From Lingula anatina (lineage: Eukaryota; Animalia; Brachiopoda), in the NCBI GenBank assembly GCA_051362555.1, contig CM120641.1, forward strand, positions 43,096,401 through 43,160,400: a stretch of 64,000 bases of DNA, written 5' to 3'. Below the pieces are notes generated by a model, which was not told where the DNA came from, made no database searches, and saw only the letters and a list, made by a program, of their open reading frames with translations. Below, piece by piece: positions 1 to 13,700 of the stretch. The translations under genes and the position numbers were made by a program. The number at the start of each line of letters is the position of its first letter. The first letter of the stretch is position 1.

Positions 1-2051
1 ATACTGAAGTAACTATGATCTCAGTCCTGCCTACTGTGCATTGAGTTTTAAAGTAGGGAGAACAGGTTGACATGCAATTGCCTTGAATAAGCATTATATG
101 TTTAACATGATACAGGTGACTGTGCTGTTTATCTAAAATATGTAACTTGACACTCTGTTTTACTTAAATATTTTGGATTAGGTCACATTAAACCCAGTTT
201 TCTATCATCTGCAAATTATGTACTTAAAAATGTCATTGCAAAAAAATTAATCATTTTAGATGATAGGTTACTGCTCTTTTGAAAATGCAAATCATGTTCT
301 TAATAACAAATTGAAATTATTTATTACAAAAGGCTTGATTTTTAACTTTTTTAATGTGCCTTTGAATTGATTAATTATCTTGGATATTCCTTAAAGATTT
401 AGACAGCATCTAATGCTTAGCATTTTAACTTGTTTTTTTAAATTTCCAAATGAGATACTTTATTGAAAGAAAATGCTGTGAATTTGCTCAAAGAATGGTG
501 TTTTTAATATAGTGACAAAACTCTTATCAAGAGAATAAATGTAAATGTAACTCAATAGCTAAGGACGTTATGTACTTTAGTGAAAGTTGCGGAAAGGGAA
601 ATGTAAAGCATTATGGTATAGCACAAATATGACATTTAAACATAATTTCACGTAACTATTTATCCAAATTATTGAACAATTTATTCACATATTGTACTCA
701 TTTATTACGTATTATTTATGAACAGTAGCATATGTAAATAATGATACTCTTTGAAAAAATGCTTTAAAATATACTTCACTAGTTGTTAGCATATATAAAC
801 AGAAAGTATACATTTGTAAATGTACAAAATACAAGAAATAAGGTCACATTTCTATGTTAAAAACATTATTATTTTTTTATATTTGCATGTGAAAGCTAAA
901 AAGTGCTGGTTTTGTTACTAGTTTATAACTGAAATCTCTTCAAGTATAACTGCTTGGTTTGGTATGGTTGTGAATCAGGACAATGATTTTTAATGTTTAC
1001 ATTTTTCAACTTCTGACTTTCTGCTTTGAATTTTTGATTTAAAAAGTGTGCCGTCATTTTTGTTGATCTTGTAAAGGAACTCTATTACTACAACACTGCA
1101 CATTTTTATGTTTGCAGGTGAATATCCATTTTTTATTTCATGTTTGGTGATTTGACTTGGAAAATTCAGTTTTTATACCCATTCATTGAGACAGTGCCTA
1201 TGTGTCATCACTATTATATAATATGTGCATAGACAAAAGTGAACTGTAGATGACTGTGGGGAAAATTGTGAATAAAAAATACAGTATTAAAAAAATATCA
1301 CTATTTCTGTTGTATGTTGATTTAAAGGGTTTGGCACAAGTAGTTTCAGAGATAGTTAGAAACTTATCTCTGACATTTCCAGGAAGCTAATTCAGCATCC
1401 TACATATATGAAAATTCAGTCCTTTTATGATACGGCCATTTAAAGCAAATAATGGAATTTTAAAAATGAACCAGCAATAAAAATTTTCGTTCTTTATTTC
1501 TTGAAAATTTACCAATTAGGATATGATACTTGAAATGATGTGAGCTGTGTATTTCACTGGTGTGTAATTGGATCAAACAAATATTATTTTGACATAAAAA
1601 GCTAATCTCATTGCTGTATATATTGGACAATTTCAGAACCTGGTGATTAATTTGCGGTAAAATGATAAAACCTTGAAAAGTACTTCAACAGCTGTGTTAT
1701 GCACCCAAAGTTATAATAATAGTTTTTTCAAACAACAGCTAAAATCAGTTATTTTCACTTCTAGGGACAAAAACATCTGTGGCTTCATTTCATGAAGGTA
1801 CCTTGCTAGATGCTGAACAGTACATGAAAGGAAATTGTTGAGTCTAGCCATTGTTTGGAAAAAAAATCAGTTTTGTAACGTTAATAAAACTTTGATTTGG
1901 CCACATTTATAATCCATATGCAATTTTGATAAATGAATTTATTTAGAATAGTCCGGTATTAATCCTGTTTGTATGGAATTTAAAATAAAAATGAAATTTT
2001 AAACATAAATTACATCAGGAGTCTCCTGACAAAACGGACCATATATCCAGC

Positions 2052-2294
2052 CAGTGGCGGATTTAGAGGGGGTCAGGGGGGTCCTGACCACCCCCCCCCA
2101 CCCTCTTCGATTTCTGATCCCCTCTTGAAATTAGAATTTTGACTATCTGAATTAGAGTTCTAAACCGTACCAAATGGCACCGCTCGCACTCTAAAATACC
2201 AAAAATTTTCGTGCCCTTAACCCCACTCCAAGTTGGGGGGAGGGGGAGGATCGGCATCGCATCGGACCCCAAAATAATCCTGGATCCGCCCCTG
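2052..2294. mobile_element. hAT-like MITE
   Basis: TIR cagtggcggat / atccgcccctg; 8-bp TSD TATCCAGC on both sides. Confidence 0.8.
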
Positions 2295-3509
2295 TATCCA
2301 GCTATCGGAGCAACTATCGGAGCAACTTCCTCTCTCAGGAGACTATACAAACTTTTCTTAATATTTACTATACCCGAGATGAAGCATATGAAATATATTA
2401 AATTGATTCCTATTGAAAGACACAGAAACCAGCAAACCAGCTACATGTAAAAACATTTACTGGAGACCATTAACACAATTGAGCTGAGGCTGATTTTTTA
2501 AACGTAAACTAGGAGATGAAGCCATCTCTGATGTTACTCAATCCCTTTACAACCGAAAACATCCTTAAAAGCTGGACTGCAGTAGTTTCTAGTTAAAAAA
2601 TACTTTAAGCCATTCAGGTTAAAATTCAAACACCTGCATTTACCAAACTTTGATGTAATTTGATTAAAATTGAAACTTTAAAAATTTTATTGGGCTACCC
2701 TATGATATCGGGGCCCTATAAAATAGTATACAATAATACATTAATGATTTTGTAACAGACTACTAGCGGACCTTGTTTAATTTGTCCATGCAAGCACCAC
2801 TATTATTCAGCGATGACAGCTCGCAAATCTGTATTAAACACGACACAGGTCCGCGATAGACAGCCCCACTGATTTTCTTGTGTTATAAAATGAAAACATG
2901 GCCTTGAAATTCTGGGAAAACAGATGTTGTTCTAAACGACTGGCCAGTCTTTTAGATCTAAATTATTAAAATTTAAAAAATGGACTAAGTCGTATCCAGG
3001 TGCAGGGGTGGGTCGCACAATGATTCGCAAGTAGGAGAAATTGCTTTTATTTCCTACGGGAAATTTCATTTTGTTAGGTAAACCTCGTGAAGTGTGTCTT
3101 TGATTAACATTTCAAAAATAAGATAACTTAGAATATTCATGCCTAAAATTATTATCATTTATTTACAAGACATTTATATTGGCTCAGATTTGGAGCAGGA
3201 CATTTGTAAAGGTAAGTAATTAGATTACCTTCAACATTTGTTCATGAGCATTTTTTTTCTTACTAATTTGTTATTATGTATTTTGAAGTTATGCATTGAT
3301 CTGTGTAGATATTTTATTGAAGAACAAAAGCCTGAATTGTGATCATTTACAAATCATATCAACCCCTGTATTAAGAGCCTACTAATTAAGGAGAATACTG
3401 GTGTGCAAGTCTCGTGGGCTATGGTTATTTATTTTATTTGTCTTGAAATATGTGGTAAAACCATTGGTGCGATCACTTTTGAAGCCTAGGGCCACAAGAG
3501 AGCCTTTCC

Positions 3510-3779
3510 CAGGGGCGGATTCAGGATTACGTAAAGGGGGTCCAGTTTTTCAAAGAATGACAGGTCTCGGATGCGAAGCCGATCCTTGCCCCCTTGGTGT
3601 GGGTTTTGGTGCTTAAGAGGGCAAACGGTGTCATTTGGTGCAGTTTAGAACCATGATTCAGCTCTTCAAAATTATAATTTTATGAGGGGAATATTGATGT
3701 GATTTTTTCCAAAAACCGAAGGGGGGGGGGGGGGGGGGGGGTCAGGACCCCCCTGACACCCCCCCTCAATCCGTTACTG
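3510..3779. mobile_element. Same hAT-like MITE family, opposite orientation
   Basis: caggggcggat...aatccgttactg with the same ggggtcaggacccccctgac core; TSD not intact. Related fragments at ~38080-38232, ~46730-46830 and ~57297-57463. Confidence 0.65.
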
Positions 3780-5119
3780 TTTCCTTACTGACAGCTAAGA
3801 GCTGAAAAGTGCGGTAGCTGTGACTATCGCAAAACTAAAACATTATGACGTTCGCTCTAGGCTGTCACGTTAACCGGTTAATGAACTGACAAAACCACAC
3901 GAAAGGACTTTAGAATACCACATGCACTAGTCTTCCATAATGCAAATTTCAGTCAAAATCGATTAAGTGTTTTTAAACCAAACTGATAAAATCGCTGTTT
4001 ACAGAAACAGAAAAACATACGCCTATACAATGAACTAATAAAAACTGGCGTGTATAGATTTTATTTTAAGAAAATTAATTTAAATTCAGATCCGTGACCA
4101 CCTGCGATGCTTTTTTTTCATTTCCGTAGAGTAGTGAAGCATTTTAAAGTCCTTTTGCTTCGTTTTTATGTTCATTAACCAATGAAAATGACAGCCGAGT
4201 GCGAATACGTTCAGTGCATCACATATTTTCCTGATAAACGGAGTCTGTTGTGGTCTAGTCTTGACATTCATATGTATTAGCGCTAACGACAAAGAATAAT
4301 AAATACCTAATGAGGGTAGCATTCTAACGGATATTTTGAAGTTGTAAATCAGAATGTTATATTGGTATTAATTTCAGTTGTGTTAAAAAAAATAGATTAA
4401 ATCTTTTTAAATGGATATGAAATAAAAAATGGATGATTATAATAAAGCTTTTGATTATGATTAAAACAATACAATGAGAAAACTGGTTGATCGTATTCCT
4501 CGTTTATTCCTTCCCTTTCATCAAAAATATTTTGAACACATTAAGCCTACATGATTGGCCTAATGTTAGGTAGGGTATACACAACAAATTATGGGAATTC
4601 TGCTTAGACCTACTTGTAGTTAAAACGAATTTTTTACAAAACAAATAAGTCGTATTTAATCACATTATATCACAATCAGGCCTTTGATATAATTGAAATA
4701 CGAGCATTTTCTAATAAGATTAGGAATAAATTTCTTTTTTGTCTTTTGTCGCTGTTTTGTATTCGTGCTAGCACTTAATAGGTCTTTAGAAGGTCGCCGC
4801 TAGGTCAAATATGCCGTCATAGCCAGACACCGCGTGACGCACGTATACAGTTTCTCTTAATGCGCAAAAACATAATCCCTTAAAGACGGCATAGCTTATG
4901 TCATATTTGATACATTCAACTGGGATTCAATAAGAATGAGACGTTTATTCAGGAGAATTCTTTAAAGCAAAAAATTTAAGTATTCTCAAGTGAAACGAGG
5001 CTAGTGGAACGTTTATTAAGCGAGGCGTAGGGATATTGTCTGGTTATTATCCGTAAAACAGCCACCAAAAAGCGATGGGGAAGGTACAGGGATAAAAAAG
5101 CAGGTGCCCGTCCAGTAAG

Positions 5120-7682
5120 ATGTCGTCCCTCTTTCTGCTACTAGAGCTGTTTGTTCTAGTTGCCTTGTTAGAAGGAACAGTCGGTAAGCATTAAACCCCA
5201 TATTAACTGTAAAACCAGACGGCATTGCTTACAAGACCCATATCACTGCAAGCGCTTCGAATTTTAAGCTTTAAAATGGCCGAGCTGCAGCTGATTGATT
5301 ATGTTCGCCGTAGTTTGATCTACGCCCAGGCCTTGGTTAGCCTGTCGGCTGCCAAAGCTGTTTTTAAAGGAAATAAACCAATAATAATTTATGTTGTCAA
5401 TATTGTTAACACGGAGTCGACTTGCTAATCTTAAATTATAAGCTCCCAACTCCGAATGCATAAAATGCCTTTGTTAAGATGAAGGTAGAAAATATTAGAC
5501 TAAACATTCTTAGTGTATGACCTGTCCTTATATGAAATCTCTTCTACAGTTTTGGTTGATAATACACAGTGGAATTATAGCATTGCATTGTGACCTAATT
5601 ATTGGTACTAGTAGTAGTTTTGAGAATGTCCCTAAAATAAGTAAGTCAGTGGCCTCACTTTAACTCCCTGAACCACTTTTTTCTACAAACTCATATTTTT
5701 ATGTCTAGATATCCTGCAAAGCACATTTTTTCTCCTACTCAGACCTTTTAAATGTCACTATTTCCATCTGAAATATCAGGAAAACAGTGGTCTAAATAAC
5801 TCGGGAGTCATTTAGAACTAGATTCTAAATATTTTTAATTCAGAAACTGTTAAAAAAATTCAATCGAAGTCAAGCAATGACTCACAAGAAAGAAGAAATT
5901 GCCTTTTTACATTTAGGAAAATTAGACTTGGTACAAAAATCCAAAGTTCAGAGACCAATAGCTAATTGTCTAACCTCACTCCTGATACTCTACAAAATTC
6001 CATGTACAAAATGCTTTAAAGACCTTGGTTTGTTGTACAGCAACAGCTGTGCAGTTTTTACATTTATTATGCAGTGTATATATAAATTATAATGAATAAA
6101 TAATGTGCTGTAAGATTTATCTATTCCTTTGAGAAAAAATATATTATGATACTTTGCCTATGCCCTAATATATGTACATGGAACTTTTATATGGTACTCT
6201 TTGTATAAATAGACAGTTTTTGTTTCCCTGTCAATCAGCATTTAATTGTTTATGTATAATTCATATTGAAAAAAATTTGAAAACCTATATTAGAATATTT
6301 AACATGTTCAGTAAGTAGAGAAAAACAGAATCAAGAAAATGATGATAAAGGCAACACTTACACGAGGCAAATATGTTTCAGGGTTGCTGTGTCATTGCGA
6401 CATGTGTAAGGACACAAACTATACATGTGTCACAGATGGGGTTTGTTATACCTCTGTCCATCTGTCCACAGGTGGAGATATCAAATATCAGTACAGGTAG
6501 GTTGCAGTCAGATTTGTGCTGTTGGGTAATTAGTATGGTGTACTGATAGGGTCATTCCATAGTGAATATTTGTATGAATGAGATTTTTTTTCTCAATCGG
6601 CCTATTTTCAGACTTTTGGGATGGCATTGGTGCTGACTACAGTTATTAGATTTTTCGGGCTATCAGGGAATTTCAAACTTTTTGGGAGTCATTAAGTCTC
6701 ATCCCTGCATTTGAGTCATGTCAGCAATGCACACCATTTGTGTAATATTTGCATTACTTTGACTTCCCCCATTATTTTTGCTGTTTTATTATTATAATGC
6801 CCTCCAATATGGAAAGATATCAATGGTAGTTTAAAAGTGATATTAAACAGCAAATGCAAATATTACACAATTTCAAAATGTGTATCACAGTTTTGTGGAA
6901 TGACCCAAATATGAACCTAGTCTTACCAAGCAATTGAGGTAGAGTGGAAAGGTTAAGACACTATCTGTTTTAAAGTAAAGATTCTACCGTAAAACTGATC
7001 ACAGAAACTGGTCTTAGTTAAGATTGAAGATGGCTTTGTGTTCTAGTCGGCTTCAGTGCATTTCAAAGGATCGCTAAGGTCTCTCCCTTTATTTCTCAGA
7101 TTTTCTCAGAATGTTTGACAGTAGGGCCATTCACACTAGCAATTTTGATCGTGGATAATGCCTGACCGTGTTCCTAACATGGTTGACGTTTCTTTTGAGA
7201 TGTGTGCACCCCTGGGTGGGGTGCAAATAAACCCAGATAAGGACGTGGGTTCTATTGTGGTTAATACTCTAAATCGTGGGCTTATCTGGATGTTGTTCAC
7301 ATTTGGAATGTATGTACACAAATGGGCAATTTTTGCAAATTTTGCATGTTATATACAGAACAGTCACGTGTTGTATTTTTCTGATGGAAATATTTTTTTT
7401 AAATTATGAGTAAATTGAATATTTTTTGCAGCATAACAATCATTACACAACTTGTTCTTCTGCCATATTGTTCATAACATCACTTTTTATTGAGAACAAT
7501 AGTGTGCATGTTAACAGTTGCCCTAGGCAGTCTGAAACGCAAGCAAAGTGGGTTTTAATTGACTACAGTTCTATCGAGGTTTATTGAATCAAGGTAAACT
7601 TGCTAGTGTGAATGGCCCTAATGATTTCTGTTCTCAGTGCTGATATTAGGCCATTAAGATATGTCAACTTACTATATTATAG

Positions 7683-7728
<46 letters not shown>

Positions 7729-10700
7729 CTCATAATAGACCAACATCACAAAGTCAGACTACCCAGTTGACTATCTAAGATAAGCAGTCTTAACAAAGAA
7801 TTTGTTCTCACTGGGAAGACTGGTTTATTGGTGTCATACGGACCCAAGTTTTGCAGTAAAACTGAAATTGATGGGCAGTCTTAACACTGATACAAATTTT
7901 CTTCTGTTTCTGTCATTAAGTAGGAATAAATCTATAATAGTTTTCTCAAATAAAATACTTGTTTAAAATATACTTCAAAGAAGAACATATAAGAGTGAAC
8001 ATTTTTTGACTGGAATACTACTAAACAAACAAAAAGAGGTAATTTATTTGAATTAAAATATATTCTTAATTAATTTTGTGAAACTAGACACCAGGTGACA
8101 ATATTCAAAATACACTAAAAGTTTGTGCATCATAAAACTAAAAGTTTTTTTTTAATTGAAGCCTTGTAATTAGACAAAATTGCTGTAATATATTGGATAG
8201 CTGATAGGTAAAAGTTATTGTTTTCAGATTAAATTTGAAGGAAAATATAGCATACTGAAGCATGAGAGGGAAAATGTAGATGGTTAACAAGGCTATTGCA
8301 TGAGTAGTGCTGGTTTGTTGTGGTTATATATGTTGGCCACTGCAAGATAATGCTGTGTGAGCAATGATGACATGTGAAATATATGGAAAGGGCATGACTT
8401 CCTTGTATTATTTTAAAACCACAGTTTTACAGATTATTTCCTACTCTCCCATTTCTCCAAGCAGTGAAATATGGAAATTAAAATAATCTGTTCATCATTT
8501 TTGTGATTAAGAGGAAAAGAATCATACAAGAAAAACAAAAATGTTATTTAAAATTATATTTCGTTTAACTTCAGTTGAAGTAAATAAAATAACTTTTGAG
8601 TATAGAAGGCAATTTTCTTTTTAATTTTTAATGATACATAATTTTGAATTAGAAAATATTAGATGTGTTGTTGTTATATGGTTACAAAGTTTGCTGTAAA
8701 AAGTCTTTTTAAAGACTTTTTACAAAAAAGTTGGGATCAACTTTCAACTCAAGTTCTCTTGCAGAACTGCCATATATGTCATTTATAAGTTTGTGTCAAC
8801 TTTAAAGCTTAACTGTTTTGTGCACAAAAAATAAATATGACTGTGCACAAATGTCAAATTGCAATATTGTATAATACTGTTACTGACGATTATTGATTGT
8901 TAATTTGAGGGTAATTGTTTTAAGAGCATGATTATTGTTTTGTATGTGATATATATATTCAGCCACAATATTGCAGCATTCATGTTTTTTATGTAAATAC
9001 ATTGTAAAATATATATATATATATATATGTATATTTCTAAAGATGTTTAAGTTCCAAGGAAATTGATCTCCTTCCTTATTCGCTTATTTCCAAGTCTGGA
9101 ATTAGGATTACGCATTTCCCTAACTGCTTCATTTTAGTTTTGCAAGTACCATCATCTTTCAATTGCGAGCATGTTGTTTGGTGGGCCTTACACACAGTAC
9201 CATGTAGTTTGAAACAGGGGTGGGGATGGGACCATAAGGAAAAGTTGATGAAGTTGGAGAATCTTAATAACAGCTTTTCTTATCCAATCTTCTATTTTTT
9301 GTCTCCTCAAGGGCCTGGTCTTTGGTTCAAACATCTTTGATTTTCCCTTTAACATTATGGCTTCCATTTATGTTGCTTTGGGCTGCTTTTTATCTTTTCT
9401 GCATGTAGGTGTTGTATCTAATAAGTATTATGTGTTGTGATCTCACAGTTTGAAGCTCACTTTTGCACAGTCTCACTGGCAGAGGTGTAACCAAAATGAT
9501 GAAGGTGCACCTTTTTACTAAGCACTTTTTCCAGACAAGGTAAATGAAAATCAAACAAAAGTAATCATTTTCCTAACTTGAAAGATGTCAGGATGCATAG
9601 ATTAGACAAATTAAAAGGATATTTTGAAAAACTTTATGCTCTGAAGGAATTTGTAATGAATTCAGTCGAAACCCAAAGTAGTAGAGATTGGAAAATATAA
9701 ATTGGTCATCAGCAGTCTATGAATACATCTGAACTAAGAATAAAACAAAAGTATTCAATGAACTAAAGGGGGGGGTTTGGTTAAGGCAACAGATTTTTAT
9801 TACAACTAAACTTTTTGAAGCAGCCACAGCAGTTTTCATTTTTTTGCACCATGAGGCTTCTTTTGGCTAGTTCATTTTGCTGTTTGGAAACTGCGCCAAA
9901 CACATACAACTTCACAATATTAAAGTGTGGCAAAAGAGAACAGTTTTATCAATTAGAAAATATGTTATGGAAACTGTTGTTTTAGCCTCAGCTTGTACAG
10001 AACAGAAATCATGTTGTTTATGACAGACTGTTTGGGAGTTTAAGAAAGTATTTGAAATGATTGTGACATGGACCATAAAAGCATCCATCTTGACAAATAA
10101 GGACTATTTTATTAGTACCTACAATACACACATGAAATACAGTAGAAATGGAAGATGTCCTTTTAGCCAAAAGAAATCTTTCAATAACAGCTTGGTTTTT
10201 TCTTCACCACTTTCTTTTTAACACAGCCGATTATTTTTTCTTGTTATCACTTACCTTCTCAAGGGGACAACTCTTACCTAACAATTAAAAAACAGTCTTA
10301 GAATAGGGTCATTCTCACTAGCAAGTAAACTGCAGTCCAGTTAACTCCAAAGAAATTGCGGTCAAATAAACCCACTATATTTGCACATTAATACCAGCAG
10401 CAAAAGCTTTTCACCAATCTTACTTCCTATTAAGCATGCACACTAGTGTTTCATTAAAAAGTAATAAAGCAACATGGCAGGAGTTTGAGTAGCCATGGTT
10501 GTTATGCTGCACAAAATATTTAATTTACCCGTGTCAAGAAATATTTCCAACTGAAAATGTGCATTAAAATTGTGCGCAGCAAGGAAGAAAGGCAGATTGC
10601 TGTTGTTAGTACTGTAAGAAATCCCCTAGAAATCTGATAAACTGCCCAGCTGTGTGCATGCCTTCAAAATTTAAATATTCGATCTCGACTTCAATGTAGC

Positions 10701-13700
10701 GTTAACTGCGATAGAACCCTAGTCATGGGTACGTAGTCTATCCACTGTAGAAAAGTTCATCCTGAAAGGACTGCGACTCAACCTCAGTTGACATTGCCAG
10801 TGTGAATGGCCCTTTATACATAACCCATTCAAACTTTATTTTGGCCCCATTCTGAGTACTAACTGATCCGCCGACTAAAAAGAGATGCTGCTGATTCTCG
10901 ATGGTCTCCCCCCTCCACGTGCCGTCGCTGCAGGGGCCTAGCAATTAAACCTCGTAGCCGAGATTTAATCCGTTTAATGGCGCGAGTGGAGGCAGGGAGA
11001 CCATCCGGAATCAACGGCATCTCTTTTTAAGTGGGGTCGGCCAGATTTAGTCAACAGATCAGTTAGTGCTCAGATCATCTATTCTGAATGGGGCCTATGA
11101 AAAGGACCAGTGGTCTTCATTTAAGTGGACCACTTTTGAATTGTCTTGAGCCAAACAAGACCTTTTTATTTTAATCTTAAAGTGAAAACCAACTTTTGAC
11201 CCAAGTTGTTTTGTGAAACTGACCCGTGTCCACCCTCCCCTCTGTTCTCTAGAGTAGTAGGGTGACATCTTGCTTCTGTGTGTGTTCTCCCAACCCCTAC
11301 TAACAATGCATTGTTAAACACAGGTATTGTTGCCCACCAATACCTCTGTCTTCATGTATATATATAATCCTCATATTAAACCATGGCAAACTGTGTATGC
11401 TACATTGCAGTGGCTGTGGCCGCTTTACTTGGCACTTGTATTGACAGATCATGGTACTCGCATGCCCAGGTATTGACTACATCCGTAGCTCTGTTATGTC
11501 CTGTGAAACTCGTCCTTTTTACTACTGCTAACCTCGGGGGCACTTACTGGCAGCCATTACAGTTCTACAGATAGTGAAAGATAGTTGCTCAGTATCTTTG
11601 TGAGGGCAAGGGGTGTTTCATTGGGAATTGGTTATATCTATTTTTTATGAAAAAATAAACGTGAGTGAGTATTTAGTTATGATAAAAAGGCAATCTTCTG
11701 GGTGTTAAAGATTTTGAAAAATCTGAATTGTTCCCCTAAAAAACAACAACAACAAAAAATGCTGCTCTGAAAGAATAAAACTGAATAATCCAATGTTCTC
11801 TTCATTTGCTAGATGCGACAAGAGTATTCTCCCGAAGGTCCCACTTAACTGTGCACCAGTCCCAGACAACAAGGATGTATTTAATGCTCAGTGTTGCAGT
11901 ACCCATGATCTGTGCAATGAACATCTGACCCCAACCTTGGCTCCACAAATTCAGCAGCCAGGTATGAAAAATGGCTGACACAGGTCTCCTGACCCCCAGA
12001 CTCCCTTCTGGCTTAAAAATTCAGATTTTCTCCACTAGGTGAACCTGACTTGTTAAAAAAAGTTTGGGGAAAACGTCTGTGTTTTTCATATTGATGGGCT
12101 AATACAAAAAAATTTCAACTGATATTGTAGCTTGCCATCTAGAAAAAACTTGAATGTTTACCTGCCATATTGTACGTAAATCTTGCCAGCCAAGCTGAAA
12201 AAAGTCTTGGTCGTGGCAGGCAGGCAGGCCATTGGTGCTTTTAACCCTGCTTCTGTCCTTGAAGTCACCTCTTTCAGGCTTTTGCTTTGTTTAGTTCAGC
12301 CATGATCGTAGTGCAGAATTAACAGAAGGGCCCCTGGGGTCCAGGAGACCATTGTGCACAGGGAAGGGGGGGGGGGGCAGGCAGGAAAGACATTAAGGGA
12401 AAACCAAAATGTTCTTGGACCACAGATCAGGTTACATGTTGTCATATGAGGATATAATATTCAAAAATATTGACCCTGATTCAAGATGGGGTTAGGGGGC
12501 TAATGTATGGACAGCATAATTTTTGCTGAGTGAAAAAGTGTGATATCCCAAAATGCTGTTTGAAATATTATATAAAGATGATTAAAAACGGTTGTTACGT
12601 TAGTTTTGGTTTATGGTTTTATATCTGGTTCTAAAGCCCTGTGGTGCTGTCTCCCTGGATGTAAGGATACGTACACCATAACTGTGGCCAATTTGCATTT
12701 GATTTTCCCTTGAGAAGTTTTTCCAGTGTTCAGTATCTGGAAAATTAAACAAGTGATTTAGACAAAATATTCTTTTATTCCATAACTAGCTGTTACGAAA
12801 AGAAAATGCTTCTGCCACTAGGCAAGCCCATGGTGTGTGAAAATAATGATCAAATCTTAGACAAGAGCGTCATACGATGTTGTAATGAGTCGGATAGGTG
12901 CAATTTGCGAATGGCTCCAACGTTGCAACCCACTTCACCGATGCCAGGTATGATTTAAATTTTATAGAACATGTTAAAAACTATGATAAAGAACTGGCCT
13001 CATCCTTATACCAGGAGTGAAAACAAAGATATTAGCTCAAATTATCAGTCTTTAAACAAAACCGTTTTTGAAATACAGTAAGGCTGAACCTACCTCTTGA
13101 CTACTCTGCAGTTGTGAACTCCATTTTAAAGTAATTTAAGCTGTGTTGGTTTAATGAAACAAGTATATTAATTATTAAACATGATTGAATCTCATATTCT
13201 CAGTATTTACTACTGCTGATAGAAACGGAGGTCATATTTGCCAGTTTTTGCCCCACATGAATGGAGTGAGGCCAGTTTAAGGTTCCATATATCTTAAATG
13301 TTAGTTCAAGATTAAACCCCACCAGTGCCCAGGTAGAAAAGATGATAAGACTCCAGGTAGGTATGTAGTCATACAGCTGTGTTGTGTGTAATTCTGCTTG
13401 ATAGGCAACATGGTGATATACATGTGTTGCAGGCGAGATTGAAATCCAAGCAGATTTGAAGACTACATAACTGAGATTGAAAATTGCAAACTCATCTAGG
13501 TGGGTTAAAAATCTGCCTAAGTCGGATTGGAATTTCATTTCTGCCTGTATTTCAATCTTGCCTGTAATATATACCCCTATTGCATCCATTATATCTCTCT
13601 GAACAGCTATAACAGGTATGAAAAAATAATGAAAGGACCAGTATAAGTTATGTTTTTAAAAAATTGCAACTTTGCTTCCAAGAAAACGGGGGTGGGTGGT

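Noticed and set aside
1-1300. Possible 3' UTR of an upstream gene (AATAAA near 1271)
   Set aside because: No coding exon visible in the window to support it.
3139-3211. ATG-to-GTAAGT phase-1 segment as receptor first exon
   Set aside because: It does not encode a signal peptide; 5120-5183 fits much better.
8351-8380. CCVSNDDM*N resembling a third Cys-box exon
   Set aside because: In-frame TAA immediately before and TGA inside; no suitable splice sites.
11261-11574. TACTAAC near 11297, a possible 62-nt same-phase mini-exon (11261-11322) and the hydrophobic ORF 11383-11574
   Set aside because: No CC-x-CN Cys box, weak splice context, no family similarity; probably chance intronic sequence.
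13200-13589. 129-aa minus-strand ORF in a receptor intron
   Set aside because: No recognisable motifs or splice structure.
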